64,000 bases of DNA from the human T2T-CHM13v2.0 reference genome, Homo sapiens: assembly GCF_009914755.1 (NCBI RefSeq), contig NC_060928.1; one strand, 5' to 3'. Position 1 is the stretch's first letter. Every line of letters begins with the position of its first letter. Shown one piece after another: positions 42,390 through 55,983 of the stretch. The position numbers and the translations under genes were made by a program. The notes under the pieces were generated by a model, which made no database searches, was not told where the DNA came from, and saw nothing but the letters and a program-made list of their open reading frames with translations.

Positions 42390-44450
42390 TTGCTGCAGGT
42401 ATATTCATTTTTATTATATTAATAGACTTAGTTACATATAAATAAACACAAAAAGCAAATATCAACTGAAAGGTTTGGTTGGGTAGTCAACTAATTTTGT
42501 TCTTTTCTAGGGCAATTCAAGAAGGTAACATTTGAAAGGTTTCTAAATGATGCACACTGTAATCATTCATTCTTTGTTAAAATACAACACAAACCAACAG
42601 CTACAATGCTTTTTATTTTTAACAAAAAGGATGTAAGGAGGGTAAGAAAAACAGAGGACAGTAAGATAGGATGTAAAGTGTGATGTATCTCTGGACACCA
42701 TCCCTCTCTGCCTGCCCCACACCCAAAAGTTTTAAATAATTTAAAGGATACCAATTACAGTACCAGAACACCATCAAAATAATTGTCTTTATCAGGGTCA
42801 AAAAATACAGTGATTATGAATGAGCTGTGACCAGTTACGAAATTTTACTGGAAATGTTTAACTGTGGTCAGCAGTCCAATGGTGTGCACAGTGCCTTCAA
42901 TTAATGCACTTGAGCATACGTAATTACATTTCTGGCAGGGTCCACACCCCCCAAGAAAAGGTAAAGCTAAGCATTTCATTTCTACATTCTAAACTCTGGA
43001 ATCACAGAGCCCAGTTTAAAAGAAAAGTCACAGTGGATAAGAGATGTATATAAAAAATACAAGGTGTTTCTTTCAAATCAGGAGTTGTGGGACTACATTC
43101 TTTTTTTTTTTTTTTCTTTCTTTTCTTACAAAATGCGATTTTAGAAAAGGATAGAGACTCCAGTTCATGTTATACTACAGACTTAGACAGTGAATAAGTA
43201 TATTGCATGTTTTGGTAGTCAGTCTTCAGGCTTCCTTTCATTTCCCCTAGCCCCAGGTTTCTTTAGGGTAAAGCATGTGAGTCCTGAATAAAGATACAAA
43301 AATGCATTTGCAGCTCTTTTCTTGAATTCTGCAGACTTCAAAGCCTGCAAGTCATATATTCCATCATCAATGACCACAATTTTTCTTTAGCTTTGTACAC
43401 CTATTCTTGTATAACAACAGTGCATGGCACAAATGTACAAGAAAATAACTGGTTTTAGTCTCTACAGTTTCTATATGGAGTAAAATAAGTTAAAACTTTT
43501 CTAATGAGAATAGCTGACAGGCAGCATACATCTTTATTTTACATTTTAAAGTCTCTGCAGGCATCTACTTTGGTTAGTTATCAACAATCATAACATAAGC
43601 ACTGATCAGAGAACTGAGCAGCATTCCAATAACGTTAACAGATATATTATTTCTTTTTGAAATACTGGGAAAGCCCAGTTTTAAAATATTATTAAAATGT
43701 TCTAACATTTACATACTATGAAGAGTTAGATCTAATAAAATAACATTTCTTCAAAAATAATCTTGCAGTGCTCTTTTAGGCATGCTCTGAGACGTTATCA
43801 CCAAACATCCATACCTTGAAAATATGACTATCACATATCCATACATCCCAACTCACACACACATAATTCCTTATACAGACCAAAAAACAAAAAAACCCAA
43901 ACCCTTATCCCACATACTGAAAAATCAATGGTTTTTGCAAACGAGTCTTGATGCGTATAGCTGACTGCATGTTCATGTGGATGGATGATTAAGCATCAAT
44001 TGCAGGTTAGGTTTTCAACTGCTAGAAATCCAAGCAGCTTTGCAGGTCTTCAGCTAAAATGAAACAGCCTTGATTTCAGCCTCATTTCACCTGCTTTTGG
44101 TTGTTTCAGTATTGGAGGCCATTATTGCAAACATTCTTGGAATTCTTTTCTTTCCCCAGAAAGTAATGTATTTGTAGGCATCACTTTTAGCCCTTTTCTT
44201 TTCACGTAGGTTAAGTAATTAAAAAATTCCTTCTTCACGCAGTTATTGTGGGAGATATTGGCAGCTGTTAAAATATCAGATGTTTTTTTCTTTCAGATCT
44301 TTGTTTTTGATGATACAGTTTGACATTAGTTACACTAAAAAGTAGATGCTGCCAGAAAGTTATCAGTGAATGCAAGGGTCCATAAAAGGTGCTTGGTTAA
44401 TATTCTTCATCATCTTCAGTTTAGTTTCTTTCCTAAAGGCCTGAAGTGTC
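42390..44450 (-). other. FRYL: FRYL 3' UTR with candidate tandem poly(A) signals
   Basis: Repeat-free AT-rich sequence after the stop; minus-strand AATAAA at 43533-43538, 42612-42617 and 42410-42415. The 3' end is inferred. Confidence 0.65.
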
Positions 44451-44709
44451 TCAGAATCCAGTGCTCACCATATTTCCCATTGGTTTGGCCTGTGCTAGAA
44501 GTTGGTATGATTGCACCATGCGTAGAGACTCTCTTATTTCCAGATTAAGTTCCATCAGTTTGTAGTTGGCTTCTGACATGTCCAGGTTAGAGCCTATAAC
44601 TGCAAAGCTTCCTGTCTGGCCCAGCGTCTGATGATGGAAATATATATGTAACAGTGTCTGTACAGGGTCATCTTCACAACTGCCAAAGATATCACTGGGC
44701 CAGAGAGAT
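44451..44709 (-). CDS. FRYL: FRYL (furry homolog-like) last coding exon
   Basis: tattttcag|A-SLWPSDIFGSCEDDPVQTLLHIYF...NMVSTGF*; phase matches the previous exon. Confidence 0.95.
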
Positions 44710-45058
44710 CTGAAAATACACAATAGTTTTTCAGTTCTGAGACTTAGGCAATAGTTAAGACTAACTCAATTTAAGTTAAATACCTGTAACAACAACATTT
44801 CCTTGTGAATAACATGATCTGTTTTAATATTTGAGCAAATATTACTCAAAGTACCACCTGAATTCACTTTCAAAGTACCATCTGAAAGTGAAAAGAAATC
44901 TAAAATTGGTATCATTTCAGTGGCAACTGTTAAAAATACTCATGTTTTTCTTTCACAAAGACATGATATGGAAACAGCAAATTGAAAATGAAAACCTAGT
45001 ATTACTAAACTTCCTGTCTAATTTAAAGGCATCACCTTTAAATCCCGTCACGTTTTAC

Positions 45059-45249
45059 CTGAAAGCTTTGACTTGTGCTACAGCTGATATAAATTCTTTA
45101 TTTTTCAAAGTTTCAATTAAAGAATGAATGGCAGTTTCTATAGTAGTTTGTGCAGCTTTGGAAATGTCAATTTCTTCGTTTTCGGAAGCGGACTCAGCTT
45201 CTTTGAGGATACTTTCCAGTTGGGCAAGTTCCTCTGACATGTTGATGAC
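45059..45249 (-). CDS. FRYL: FRYL coding exon
   Basis: ttttag|VINMSEELAQLESILKE...VAQVKAF-AG|gtaaaa; 191 nt. Confidence 0.95.
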
Positions 45250-45831
45250 CTAAAACAAATACATCTTTAAGGATCTATTCGTATGTTTGGTAACAAAAAC
45301 ATTTAGTTGGCTACAAGAATATACCTGATGGCAGTAGCATTGTTGCTCTTAAAGATTATTTTAAAATGTTTGTCTTGGAAGAAAGGGCAGTTAATATTTC
45401 AAGTACTCCATTCTGTAGGAGCAAATAAATTCCACCAAATAGTAGTCTTGAAATTAAATGTTCTTGATAAAGCAACAAGTTGTAATAAATGTCTATATTG
45501 GTTTTAATATTACTACATTTTGGATAGTAAAAGTACATTTACTGTTATGGGGGATCATGAAAACTATATAACAGTAAAGTCTTTAGATTTTAAAAGATTA
45601 TTTACCCCAGGGTATTTTTATATAAAAAATAAATACATGTATATTTCTTTTTACAGATTTAATGACTAAGAAATTAAATCATTTCCCCAGTGATAGTTTT
45701 ATTACCAGCAGATGACAAGGGGGGGAAAAGACTAAAGTTAGCATCTTTGAGGCTATGTATTGATTTTCAACATTCAAAGTGTTTTTTAACATGTTTTTTC
45801 TTGTGTGCACTAATAAAACTGTAACAATGTG

Positions 45832-46194
<363 letters not shown>

Positions 46195-46227
46195 TTATTG
46201 AACTGATGTGCTTTGTTTGACTATTTT

Positions 46228-46381
46228 GATTTTCTGAGACAGGGTCTTGCTCTGTCACCTATGCTGGAGTGCAGTGCTGCAATCACAGCTCACTACAGCT
46301 TCTAACTCCTGGGCTCAAGTCATCATCCCAGCTCAGACTCTCGAGTAACTAGGACTATAGGTATGTGCCACCATCCCTGGC
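46228..46381 (-). mobile_element. AluJ right arm/FRAM, antisense
   Basis: tgagacagggtcttgctctgtcacc...gctcactacagc...cctgggctcaag. Confidence 0.8.
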
Positions 46382-46631
46382 TTTTACTTGACTTTTGATT
46401 ATAGATGATCTGTGTCTACTATGGAAACCTTTAAGGTCTTGAACCTTTTACAACTGCTGGATATCTGCTGTCTTATTTACTCATAGGTCCTGACATAGCA
46501 CATCATTAAAAAACAAATTATTCCTTAACTAAAAGAAAAAAGACTCACTCTAAGTGACTTTTGACTTAAGCTATTTTAACAAGTAATAGATTTTATTTTA
46601 AAATTTTTTTAGAATCAGTTACTGATGCCTA

Positions 46632-46760
<129 letters not shown>

Positions 46761-47285
46761 CTAGAAATAAATAACATTACATTAAATTTAGGTGTTATTT
46801 TCTAGACAGCATATTTCCAATGGAAATTTATAGTTAAAATTGTCTTGTCGTTTATTTTTCTGCAGTAAGGAAGTTAATATGGTATGAAGCTGATGAAAGG
46901 CACGTGAAATATGCTTTAAAGACTAAGATTAAAATAAAAACAAATATCACTGCTGGTTACATAATTCAGTTTTAATGTTAAGCACATTTTCACATTCTAC
47001 AAATAGACTGTTTCAGCAGGCAATTAATAGGATACTTTAAAAAGGATTCATTAGAATTTAAAACTTTAAATTCATAATTAAAATAATCTACAAATGCAAA
47101 GACTTTTGCCCTCATTGAGATGTAGATCTCACTGCATTTATCAACAAATGCTTGATAAAGCAAAGTGAAACCGGATAACCTCTTACCTAAAAAGTAAGAA
47201 AAGCTGTCTTTTAAAGTGAGGTCATTTTTCTAAAGAAAACCACTTGGTAATCTCATTGAAATGAAACTATGAAATTAACAACGTG

Positions 47286-47588
<303 letters not shown>

Positions 47589-47854
47589 GTTGTGCACTTT
47601 GATTTTTTAAATTAAGAAATTTAAGAGGAGATATGTTTAAGAAAAAGGTGACTGCTAATTTTATGTATTTTAACATCTCACTATTTTAAAAGAACCAACA
47701 TTTCATGGATTAGGGCTTTGCAAAACTGAAGCACATACTACTTGTAAAGTAGTCCACGAGAAAACATTGCTGGGTCACAAATGGACAAATGGCAGATGAA
47801 AACCAGTTTGTCTGGCAAGGGTGAGTAGTCTATAAATCAAGACAGGTCACTTAC

Positions 47855-47872
47855 TGCTAGTATTTCCATTTG
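47855..47872 (-). CDS. FRYL: FRYL 18-nt microexon (QMEILA)
   Basis: Minus strand ttgcttag|CAAATGGAAATACTAGCA|gtaagt; phase 0-0; gives ...NTDAQ-QMEILA-ELELC, as I recall the FRYL protein. Confidence 0.85.
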
Positions 47873-49614
47873 CTAAGCAAGAAGGTGATCAGGTCACAAA
47901 AAATACAAAGGAAGAAAAAGACCAAGAATTAGTGTAAGAAATCATTTTAACTAGGGTCACAGATGTTCCAGGTAAACTGAAGAACATATATTTATACCCC
48001 AAAGAAAATTATACAAAGTTATTTCCAGAATAAAACTTTTTAGACATTTACTGCAACGATTCAGGGTGTTTTTAAACACTTTGCCAAATAATAAATTACA
48101 TTTAGGCTATGACTTATTTCTGTGTAAAAGCTACAATGAATAAAACTGAACTATTGTGATCTTGGTAAATCTGGCTATCCAGGTTTAAAAAAAAAAAAAC
48201 CAAAACCCAACTGTAATAAAACTTCCATTTGTAAACTGGAAAACTTATGATTAGAAAATAAGAAACAAATTAATTACTGTTACTTCTCAGAAAAGAATTG
48301 GCTTATAATCGTACATAATAAATACTTATCCATCACCATCAAAAGATTATCTCTAGGGTGGCTCATTCCAGGCTTCCTATCCTTTACTGTCTAATTAGGT
48401 CCTACTTTGCCATAACTGGTGCTGAGCCACAGGGTGGAATATCAAAAGCAGATGCATGTTCTAAATTGCATTCCAAATATACTTCAGTAAGTTTCAGAAA
48501 CTTAACCCGACTAGGTTTGAATCAACATAATGTATGTAAAACACAGAGTAAAAATTTATGAACCATCTTAAAAACTATATGAAAACATGTACAGCAACTT
48601 GGATCTGGTCTCTTACGAGGAGAATGACTTCTAACTAAAACAACAATTGTTACACTGTAAATGTATCTTCTAAAAGTCATTCTTAAGCCTGCTTTTCTAA
48701 ATAGTTTCCTGTGAAGGACTGTTTTTCATAAAGTTTATTCCTATCAATTTAGAAGGGATTTGCTAAATAAGCAAAGGTGAACTTTAGCTCCATGCTGCTT
48801 ACCATAAATTATGTGGATGCTCATCCAATAAACATCAGTTGAGCACAATCCAAGGTCAAGCATATTCCATATCTAAATTTCTGAGGGTTTAGTTCATACA
48901 GTTTATTTCATATGGAAATTAACAATTTGAATTTTAAATACCTTTCCTCACTTCTATTAGCACAAATAAAGTAGAACTGATTCTACAAGCATATATGTAT
49001 AGCCTCTACTTTGGGATGTAATGGAACATAAACTGCTGATAAAGTTTATGATCGTAGGAAATAACACAAATGTAATGAATTTTACAGCTCTGAATTACCA
49101 GCAATTACTCTAAATATGCTAAAACAGTGCAGTTTTTGTGGATGAGTGTGTGTGTGTGTATATATATGCACAATTTAAAGTATATTAAAATTTGCACATT
49201 CTTTTATTCATCTAACAAATATTTGACTGCTTATTATGCAAAAGACAAGACTGGTACACAAGGACAGATCAAATTGCATAAAAAGCGTCTTCCACCCTCA
49301 AAACAGTTGAATATGAAAGGTGAGCTGAAATATAAATGAAAGTGTTAAATGTTCAGTTTCCACTTCGTAGAAAACCTCAAGCTATGTTAACTGACTTGAT
49401 CTTAAGATGGATATAATTTTCTTCAAGGTAGAGGGGATATAAAAAAATCACTTAATATAAACACCTAGTTTTTGTAGGAAAAAAGGTTACATTACTTGCC
49501 GAAGTGATGCAGTTAAACAGTGGCAAAGACAGACAGAATTAGAACCAAAGGATTCTGGTCTAGGGTTAATTCCTTATCTTCATTTCTTTACATAGATGAC
49601 TTAGCAGTTTCTTT

Positions 49615-49810
49615 TTAACATTAGTGCAGGATTTGGAGTCAGCCTGCCTAGGTTTCAATCTTGGTTTCACTATTTGCTGATTTTAGATAAATTAGCATCT
49701 CTGAACCTCAGTTTCCTCATCTTCAAAACCAGGATAATTAGAGCAACTACTTGCCTGAGTTGTAAGGATAAAGAAACTATAGAGGCTGGCAAATAGTTAA
49801 CACTTAGCGA
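49615..49810 (+). mobile_element. MIR
   Basis: tttggagtcag...ctctgaacctcagtttcctcatct core. Confidence 0.7.
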
Positions 49811-50569
49811 GTATACTATTATTTTCTCAACACTGCAGTTTTTGCAGAACTTCAATTTTTTACTATAATAGTATAACCTAATAATAGTATAACCTTTACA
49901 GACACTAGAAATCTGTAATAATATAACCAAAGGTAGAATATAAAAGACTGGAATTCTGATGTCAAATGGAAATAAATTTCAGTTGATGAATGTATTTTCC
50001 CCTGTGAAGCTACACTTCCATTGGAATAATTTGTAGGCCCTAACTTATCCTCACTTACTACAATGTATGTGTTTATGTATGTGCACCTTTCTAAGAAAAT
50101 ATAATGCTGTTGTTTTCACTGAGCCTTATATTAAAGAAAAACATTATAATTTATCCAATTCTAATTTTACCTTTAACATGGATATATTATATCACATTAT
50201 TCTTAGGTTTGCTTTCTTGACCAATTTATCTAACAGAATAGCAGAATACTAACATGGGACAAATTTTTCTTTAAGAGGCACATGCAACTTAAAAGCCGAC
50301 CTGGACTGTCCAGATATCCATCAAGCTTATCTATTGGATGTTATTAAGCTTCAGTCACAAGCTGGTCGTTCATTTTTATTAAAGTGAATTTTTCATTATG
50401 AAACCAGTATTTCATTGAGCTTTTACAAAGATTGTTTTGATAACCAAAATGAAAAGTTTTACAAATATTCTTTATTTTTAGAAATAATCAAATAAGGATA
50501 TTTGAACACATGCATTGTTTTACCTGATACAGAAAATGTATGTTGCAAAAACAGGAACAAGAAACTTAC

Positions 50570-50638
50570 TTGTGCATCTGTGTTTATCCTATACATGTCT
50601 TCTTTGGCACCAAATGTCCTCTTACAATCATCTAGCCA
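50570..50638 (-). CDS. FRYL: FRYL coding exon
   Basis: tttttag|WLDDCKRTFGAKEDMYRINTDAQ|gtaagt; 69 nt. Confidence 0.93.
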
Positions 50639-51274
50639 CTAAAAATAAGTAACAGTAACGTTTAATATGCACAGTAAAATGGGTAGTGTAACAGCCTGTC
50701 CATATACAACACCAAACTTAAAGTTAACTTGAAGTTCTAGGATTGGTTGTAGACCTAGACTTTTATCTCCATTCAAGCCAAATCAATCATTTATATGGAA
50801 CTAACAAAAGCAGGGATAGCATTAATGTAACAAGAGGCACACACTTGTGACAGCTATACTAACAAAACCCATTCCATTCTAGGGACCTGTGATGTTCCAT
50901 TTCAGTAAAGGATATTCTTCATTTTGCAGGTTTTATGAAAATCTTTACAACCTATGCCTGACCTTTGTGTAACGTAAGACGGGGAAAGGAAAGATGTGCT
51001 TCCCCTCTGATCAATTTAATAAAGACAACTTAGAATTAAGTAGGTCTGTTTGCTTATGAGAAGTGTAATTCTCAGAAGACTAGTGTCAGTTTTAAATTTG
51101 TGAACCGGCAATCAAGATCCATTTTAAGTCTTGTTTTGTTTTTCTTTTCTTTCTTTTTGGACAGTAATGAATGACAAACAAACATGTTATTTATTTCCAA
51201 ACAATACTGGATGTAGAAGCCAAATGTGGTTTTTCCTTCTCTGGGGGTATTCCTAATGTTGATATAAAAGTACA

Positions 51275-51413
51275 GGCTGGGTGTGGTGGCTCCTGCCTGT
51301 AATCCCAGAGCTTTGGGAGGCTGAGCGGGGAGGACTGCTAGAGGGCAGGAGTTCAAGACCATCCTGGGCAACATAGGGAGACCCTGTCTCTAAAAACATA
51401 AAATAAAAAAAAA
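51275..51413 (+). mobile_element. FLAM / Alu left monomer
   Basis: Single left arm followed by an A-rich tail. Confidence 0.8.
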
Positions 51414-51638
51414 GGAATACTTCAAAAATAAAGTACATTTTCTTCAGCAAAATATAAATAAAACAATAGCACCGTGGTATAGTAGAAAAGAAAGAACGCT
51501 GGACTCACAGAATTTCCAAGCTGAAGTAAAAGCTAAGTGCATTCCAGGTAAGCTCCTAGCTTTGGACAGTTTGATATTATCAGTTGTTTTGACTTCTAAG
51601 TTCTTTTTTTTAAATTATACTATTAAACAATACAACTA

Positions 51639-51660
51639 ATATATATATATATATATATAT
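51639..51660. repeat. (AT)n microsatellite
   Basis: Direct reading. Confidence 0.9.
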
Positions 51661-52523
51661 GAAATCATTAGGACTTTGAGAAACAGACTAGCTGCATTAA
51701 GCAGCTACTCTGAAAGTATTTTAGTATTCGACATTTAACATTCTCTATTGTAGCTTATGTTGTACCCACAAAGAAAGAATTGAAATTTGACATTTCAGTT
51801 ATTTCAAAAATGATCTCTTTGACCTTATTTTCCTTTTATTCCAGTCTCTCAGATTTCACCGGCCCTTAGGCTATTTGCTTGACAGCATCTCTGAAGAAAA
51901 ACATGTTAAGCTTTTCTAGTGAGATACAGCTGATGGCAGCCATTGTCAAAAGCTATCAGTGGATTTCTTTGTATCAGCAAAATGCAGTTGACATCTAACA
52001 TGGAACCTGTGCATTAATCTTTATTCATACAAAATGTTAAAATATTTATACACTTAATTATGCCTTATCTTGTCCAGTTTGTCCAAGTATACTAATAAAT
52101 TTGAAAATAATTTCAGTTGATTATTTATTTAATGGCTTATTTTTATACTGTGTACCTAATGATACAGCCTTTTGGGGGGCACTATTCAAAATATTGCTGA
52201 TTTTTATTCTGTTAAAAGACAAACCCCAACCATATAGTCCTGTGGCTGCACACTGGCCTGAGAGATACAGGTCCACACCTTTCCAGCCAGAGCATACAAG
52301 ACATGGTAGTTTGTGCTCAGAACACCCTCCAGTTCACATCTAATCAATCAGTCTTCCTGTCACGGCATTTTCTTTATTCAAGGTTCAAATGAAGGTTAAA
52401 ATTTTTAACTGTCGAGGTTCTACTTCTGGGTGTGATGGAGTAGCCTGTATAAAAGAAAGACCAATCCTGCAAGGACAATGATGGAAGCTGAATCCTATCG
52501 GCCAAAACTCACTCAAACAAACA

Positions 52524-52737
52524 GTTAGTTAGTTAGTTAGTTAGAGAAAAGTACCGGAGTGAGCCCAATACCCGCCCCAGTGCTTACTCTACTCTAGGTG
52601 TATTCATATTCACGTCCCTGCGCATAGAGGCTGAACAGAAAGCAGTGGCCTAGAGTTTATGCCCTACAGTTTCACTGGGCTGGGAAAACAGTTTTCAAAG
52701 ATAGATAGATAGATGATAGATAGATAGATAGATAGAT
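52524..52737. repeat. (GTTA)n (~52524-52544) and interrupted (GATA)n (~52699-52737) tetranucleotide STRs
   Basis: Direct reading. Confidence 0.9.
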
Positions 52738-53024
52738 CGTGAGATATTGAGGGCCAATATCCTGGAGAAAAGAGAACTGCAGAGAAGTGACCCCAATAGT
52801 CTCTGTGCAGTCTCGCCTTAGAACACTTGCTGTTCCTGTTTATTATCTGCAGGGGGAGAGGCTACAAAACCACACAGCAGCCCCTGGGAGACTGAGAAGG
52901 TCGGCAGAGACCGCTGGTCTCACATTGCTGGGGAGAGAAAAATAATTCAATTCACCTGTGAGCCTTAGCAGTCTTGAATAATAATAAAAAGAATGTATAA
53001 CTCAAAAATGAATGGGAAAATTAA

Positions 53025-54410
53025 ATAGGGCAGACAGTAAATATTTTAGGCTTTGCAAAACATATAGTCTTTGTAACTATTTAATTGTTACAGTGCAAAC
53101 ATAGCCATGGACAATATGTAAGTAAACCAGATAGCTGTTTTCTACTAATTTTATTTACAAAAATAGGCAGTGGGCCAGATATAACTTGACAGCTGTAGTT
53201 TGCTAACCTGTGTTCAAGAAGTTTGTAAGCATTATTAGTTGTTTGAATTTCCATATAAATTTTAGAATCAGCTTGTCAATTTCCATTAATATACCATCTG
53301 AGATTTTGAATGAGACTGCATTAAACCTATAGACCATTTTGGGGGAAAATGACATCTTTACCATATTGAGTCTTCTAATTGATAAACATGGTATATAGTC
53401 CTCCATTTAGGTGGTCTTTAATTTTTCTCAATATTTGCAGTTTTCTGTATAGAGGTACAGCATATCTTTAGACAGATTTATTTGTAGGTATTTGATATTT
53501 TCCTATTATAAATGGTATCTATTGCTTTAAAACCAACCACCCTAAAACTTAATGGCTTCAAACAACCAAAATGAATCTATGTGCTGGCTGGGAGTTTCTT
53601 CTGGTCTTGCCTAGGGTCACTCATGAGTCTACAGTCATTGATGGCTTGACTGGGGAAGCGGCAGGGTTGAAGTTCCAAGTTGGCTTCACTCATATGTCTT
53701 GCACACTGACTGTCAATGGAACGCCTCTGTTCTCCCCTACATGGCCTCATCTTCCAGCAGGCTAGAGGTCAAATAGTTTCCCAGAGTTTACCCCAGTTTG
53801 CACTCCGACCAGTATGATGGCAAAAGCAGACACCACAAAAGACCACTTCAGGACTAGTCTTGGAAGTTACACAGCGTTGCTTCTGAACTTGATTGGTTAG
53901 AGCAAATCACAAGGCCATCCCAAATTTAAGAGATGGTGAAATGGACTCTGTCTCTTCATGGGAAGAACAGCAAAGTCACATTGCAAAGGGGTGTGGCGAC
54001 AAGAGAAGCATGATTCATTGGGACCAGTATTTTAACAATCTACCTTTGCTTCTAGTAGGCAATGATTTCTGAAGATACAAAAACCATAACCATGATGGAA
54101 AAGGCTGATAACCTGGACTTATTAAAATTAAAAACTTCTGTTCATCAAAAAATGCTACTAAGATAGCAAAACTGCTAGCTACAGAGAAGGAATAATCTTC
54201 GCAATACATACATCCAAAAAAGGGCTTGCATTTAGGATAAAGAGCCCCTACAAATCAGTAAGAAAAACCCAATCGATTTACAAAAATGAGCAATGTACTT
54301 GAAGCTACAATTCACAAAATATCTTAAATGAAGAGATCCATTTGAAAAGGGGCTCAAATATTAGTCATCAGGGAAATGCAAAATAGTACCATGAGATACC
54401 ACCACACACT
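53025..54410. mobile_element. Nested old repeats: MER58-like (53025-53210), L1 ORF2 fragment on - (53225-53520), MLT1-like LTR (53520-54000), L1 fragment on + (54030-54410)
   Basis: MER58 motif aatattttaggctttgc...tttatttacaaaaataggc; ORF 53203-53406 reads RLNMVKMS..P..YRFNA...EIDKLILKFIWK (L1 ORF2p). Confidence 0.65.
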
Positions 54411-55003
54411 TCATTTTTCATAGGTCTATACATGTCACAGATATTTACTACTTATTAATGAAAGACCCATCTAGAAAAATAATTACCTACTGTATGCAGT
54501 TTGTGTGAAAGAGAGAAATTATTTTTTGTTCTTCTGTCCCTCCCAATTGAAAATGTGCTGGATTTACTCTTAGGGAAGGAACAGAGCTACTCTGTTTTCA
54601 ATGCCAGATTGGACTTGAAGAAGCCTTTCTTAGGAGGTAATTGTCTAATTCACTACATGCTTTTTTCTCCCACTGCTTGCCCATGTACATGTACACATCA
54701 TGGGAAAAAGATTACAGCTTTGTCAGAGGTTGTGGATTTCCTAGACCACAATTCTCTAATGCACTGAGAAATACTGCTTCAATTTCCCCACTTGGAATGT
54801 TGACAGCAGTGACACAGTCTCCACAAAGAAGCTTTTTACAAAGCTATGGTTTTCCATTGTGCTGTTAGAGGACTGATTTTTAAAAGCCAAAGGTAGGAAT
54901 TTGCTGGATAGAGAGCTCAAAGAACCTGCTGCTCTCAGGAAAACCCTGAGGCAGGTGCTGAGAGGTCTTCTTTTCTGTCTGGGCTATTCTGCTGCCAGGA
55001 TTA

Positions 55004-55159
<156 letters not shown>

Positions 55160-55833
55160 TCAAATCAGAAGTATTGATCCAGGTTACCATTTCTGATTGA
55201 AATCATGAGACTCACAAAATCATGAGACTTTTCAGTCATGGAATAGCTGTTAGTTGGTTTTTGGATATTCTCTTAACTCTACTCTGTCCCATACTTAGAG
55301 CTGAGCTCTCACTGGAACAGAGTAGGAGTGCAGTGGGACTTGAGGAGGGTCAGGAAGGACATCCTCAAGTGTTTTCAAAGACGTCATGCCAGACCAGTAC
55401 ATACCTCAAAGGTATCAACCTTGAAGCTTTTTAAACCTTAGTTCTTTAAATATCTTAATATATAATCTAGAAGTGTGCTTAGAAATAAATCAGGAAATGA
55501 ACCAGGAGGCCTGGGTATTTCACGGGTGGAGGTTTAGGCATCTCCTACCCATTTTTATTTAAGAATATAAAAATTACCCATCTCTAGAGCATGACTTTTT
55601 AGTTTTCCCATCTAGGACTCTGTAGAGGGTAAGGGCATGAAGGAGTCAGAATCAGAAATAGTCACAAGTTGCTGCACCTAATATACTAGAATTGTAGTTT
55701 GCCACATATTTATAATCATGTTGAAAATACGAACCTTTATACCATAAAATTCAGAATTACTTAGAAAAAAAGACTTACTGAATGATGCCATTCCAATGTA
55801 GTCTTTATAATAAACCTGCATGTAAAAACTTAC

Positions 55834-55983
55834 TGTTTCAGCATCCACAAAGACTGTTGGGCATTCTGAACACAGCATCATCACTTCCAAGGAACTTTTA
55901 AATTTGGTACCAATGCGTTGCAGACTATCACCAAGAAAGCTGACTGCCTCATTAGTTATTTCTCCAAACTTTCTTTGAATTGT
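55834..55983 (-). CDS. FRYL: FRYL coding exon
   Basis: tctccatag|TIQRKFGEITNEAVSFLG...SECPTVFVDAET|gtaagt; 150 nt. Confidence 0.95.

Noticed and set aside
50524-50569. Second donor CAG|gtaaaa 46 nt downstream of the FRYL 69-nt exon
   Set aside because: It would frameshift, competes with a gtaagt donor, and has no other support.
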